A stretch of 33,633 nucleotides of DNA from Octopus bimaculoides (lineage: Eukaryota). The stretch lies in the NCBI RefSeq assembly GCF_001194135.2, contig NC_069005.1:24807427-24841059 (forward strand), in the 5' to 3' direction. A model generated the notes under the pieces. The model was given only the letters and a program-made list of their open reading frames with translations. It was not told the DNA's origin and did not search any database. Of this stretch, positions 31,787 to 33,633 are shown piece by piece (the first letter of the stretch is position 1; every line of letters starts with the position of its first letter). A program made the translations under genes and the position numbers.

Positions 31787-32096
31787 NNNNNNNNNNNNNN
31801 NNNNNNNNNNNNNNNNNNNNNNNNNNNNNNNNNNNNNNNNNNNNNNNNNNNNNNNNNNNNNNNNNNNNNNNNNNNNNNNNNNNNNNNNNNNNNNNNNNNN
31901 NNNNNNNNNNNNNNNNNNNNNNNNNNNNNNNNNNNNNNNNNNNNNNNNNNNNNNNNNNNNNNNNNNNNNNNNNNNNNNNNNNNNNNNNNNNNNNNNNNNN
32001 NNNNNNNNNNNNNNNNNNNNNNNNNNNNNNNNNNNNNNNNNNNNNNNNNNNNNNNNNNNNNNNNNNNNNNNNNNNNNNNNNNNNNNNNNNNNNNNN

Positions 32097-32340
32097 NGGC
32101 GAACCCTGCTGTACTCTTTCACCACAACTTTCTCTCACTCTTACTTCCTGTTTCTGTTGTGCCTGTAATTCAAAGGGTCAGCCTTGTCACACTGTGTCAC
32201 GTTGAACATCCCCGAGAACTACGTTAAGGGTACACGTGTCTGTGGAGTGCTCAGTGACTTGCACGTTAATTTCACGAGCAGGCTGTTCCGTTGATCGGAT
32301 CAACTGGAACCCTCGACGTCGTAAGCGACGGAGTGCCAGC
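32097..32340 (+). mobile_element. SINE family C, 3' portion
   Basis: Matches about 7395-7640 (gaaccctgctgtactct...gtcgtaagcgacggagtgcca). Confidence 0.85.
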
Positions 32341-32649
32341 CACAGCCAGCCACAGCCAGCCACATGTATTCTCATGAATATAGTTGTTTAGACATGCGCA
32401 TGTATACTTAAATGGTAAACTTCTAGAAAGTTCTACAAATTTCTACAGTTCCAGTGATGGCTTGGTTCTGTAGTCTCTGAATCAGCCTTCTCCTTTCTCA
32501 AGATTAGTACTTGGGCTGTGTGTTACATATCCCAGTGCCCCAATAACTACAGATATAAACCTGAACTTGTAATCCGAGTAGAGTAACTGTAGATTTCTCA
32601 ATATTTCAGCGTTGGTATTTTTTTTCATTGATCTTTAGCTTTATGTTAA

Positions 32650-32772
<123 letters not shown>

Positions 32773-33633
32773 TGAGAAACACGTTTTATTATATTGAGGC
32801 GTTTAGTAGCAGAGTGTCGAAAGCGTCACCCCGGCCATTTTCGCGGTTGGTATATCATTTTCTCTGTCTCGACGTCAAGAAGCCGAAAAAGTTGGGAGGA
32901 AGAACAGGTGAGGCTTGCAATGAGGGCGAAAATCCAGCTGAAAAAATTGTACCCCGGCGATATTGACACAATGTTCGCTCACCCAAACTCAGACCAGAGA
33001 GTTTAGTAACACACCACCATAAGCAAACACACGCTCAGTCAATAACTCTGGTCTGGTCCCTGTGTTGTTTTTTGAGGTGTTATAGCTCATTTTCTAATAT
33101 TCCCCGTTACCATCGTAACGATAATGGGCTATATATCTTACTATCTTGTCTTACCTACCTCTTAAATATACTTACCTCGGTAAATTAAAACACAAACATT
33201 ACCTCTGTATGTTTTTTCTAGGTATTAAGGCTAAAATATGCAATGCTTCGTAGTACCAGTATATTTTACAAAGTGAGAGAGACGCAGTCATTGTTTCATC
33301 TTTCAGATGCATAGATAAATAAATAATTTTACATAGGTGGAATGATTAGAGGAGGTCTTCACGGTCATTTTAAGACCAAAACCAGTTTCCTAATTTCATT
33401 CCTTGCCGAGATATCGCATTCTGAAAGTCGCGAAACTTTGACTGCGTTTTTCTCGGTTTTTAAGTTATGGCACTTACGACGGTCTGTTACTACACACCTC
33501 ATATAATACTACTACAATTGTTTCATTACCACTTTACCAGAAGATCATGGCTGAAATATTATTATATAATATATGAACTAATACATTGTTCTAGCATTAT
33601 TCCAGCAACCTGAAATGTCCCAGTTCTTCAAGT

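Noticed and set aside
2307-32205. Long ORFs in the track containing X runs or HT/CV/M/I repeats
   Set aside because: Artefacts of N-gaps and microsatellites; no coding signal.
32780-33000. CpG-richer stretch as possible promoter or 5' exon
   Set aside because: No positional evidence; it could equally be repeat-derived.

Overview
Eukaryotic, repeat-dense, gap-riddled draft-assembly DNA. The SINE families and microsatellite load look octopus-like; this is inferred from remembered repeat sequences, not from a search. One multi-exon gene on the minus strand spans about 7,000-23,027, possibly reaching 25,513. It is a single-pass receptor tyrosine kinase with a Cys-containing N-terminal segment, three FN3-like units, a TM helix and an intact kinase, most like the Torso/Ret/FGFR group. 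I reconstructed 14 exons by hand with GT-AG sites, and the phases match at every junction not hidden by a gap; two exons run into N-gaps. The remainder is transposon debris: several tRNA-derived SINE families, a Helitron relic, mariner, maT-like and R4/Dong-like fragments, hAT, piggyBac and Mutator-like MITEs, two minisatellites and many microsatellites. Most ORFs in the supplied track are N-gap or microsatellite artefacts. I see no convincing new multi-gene system. The best leads are RNA-structure features in and near the RTK transcript and the receptor's identity and docking motifs.
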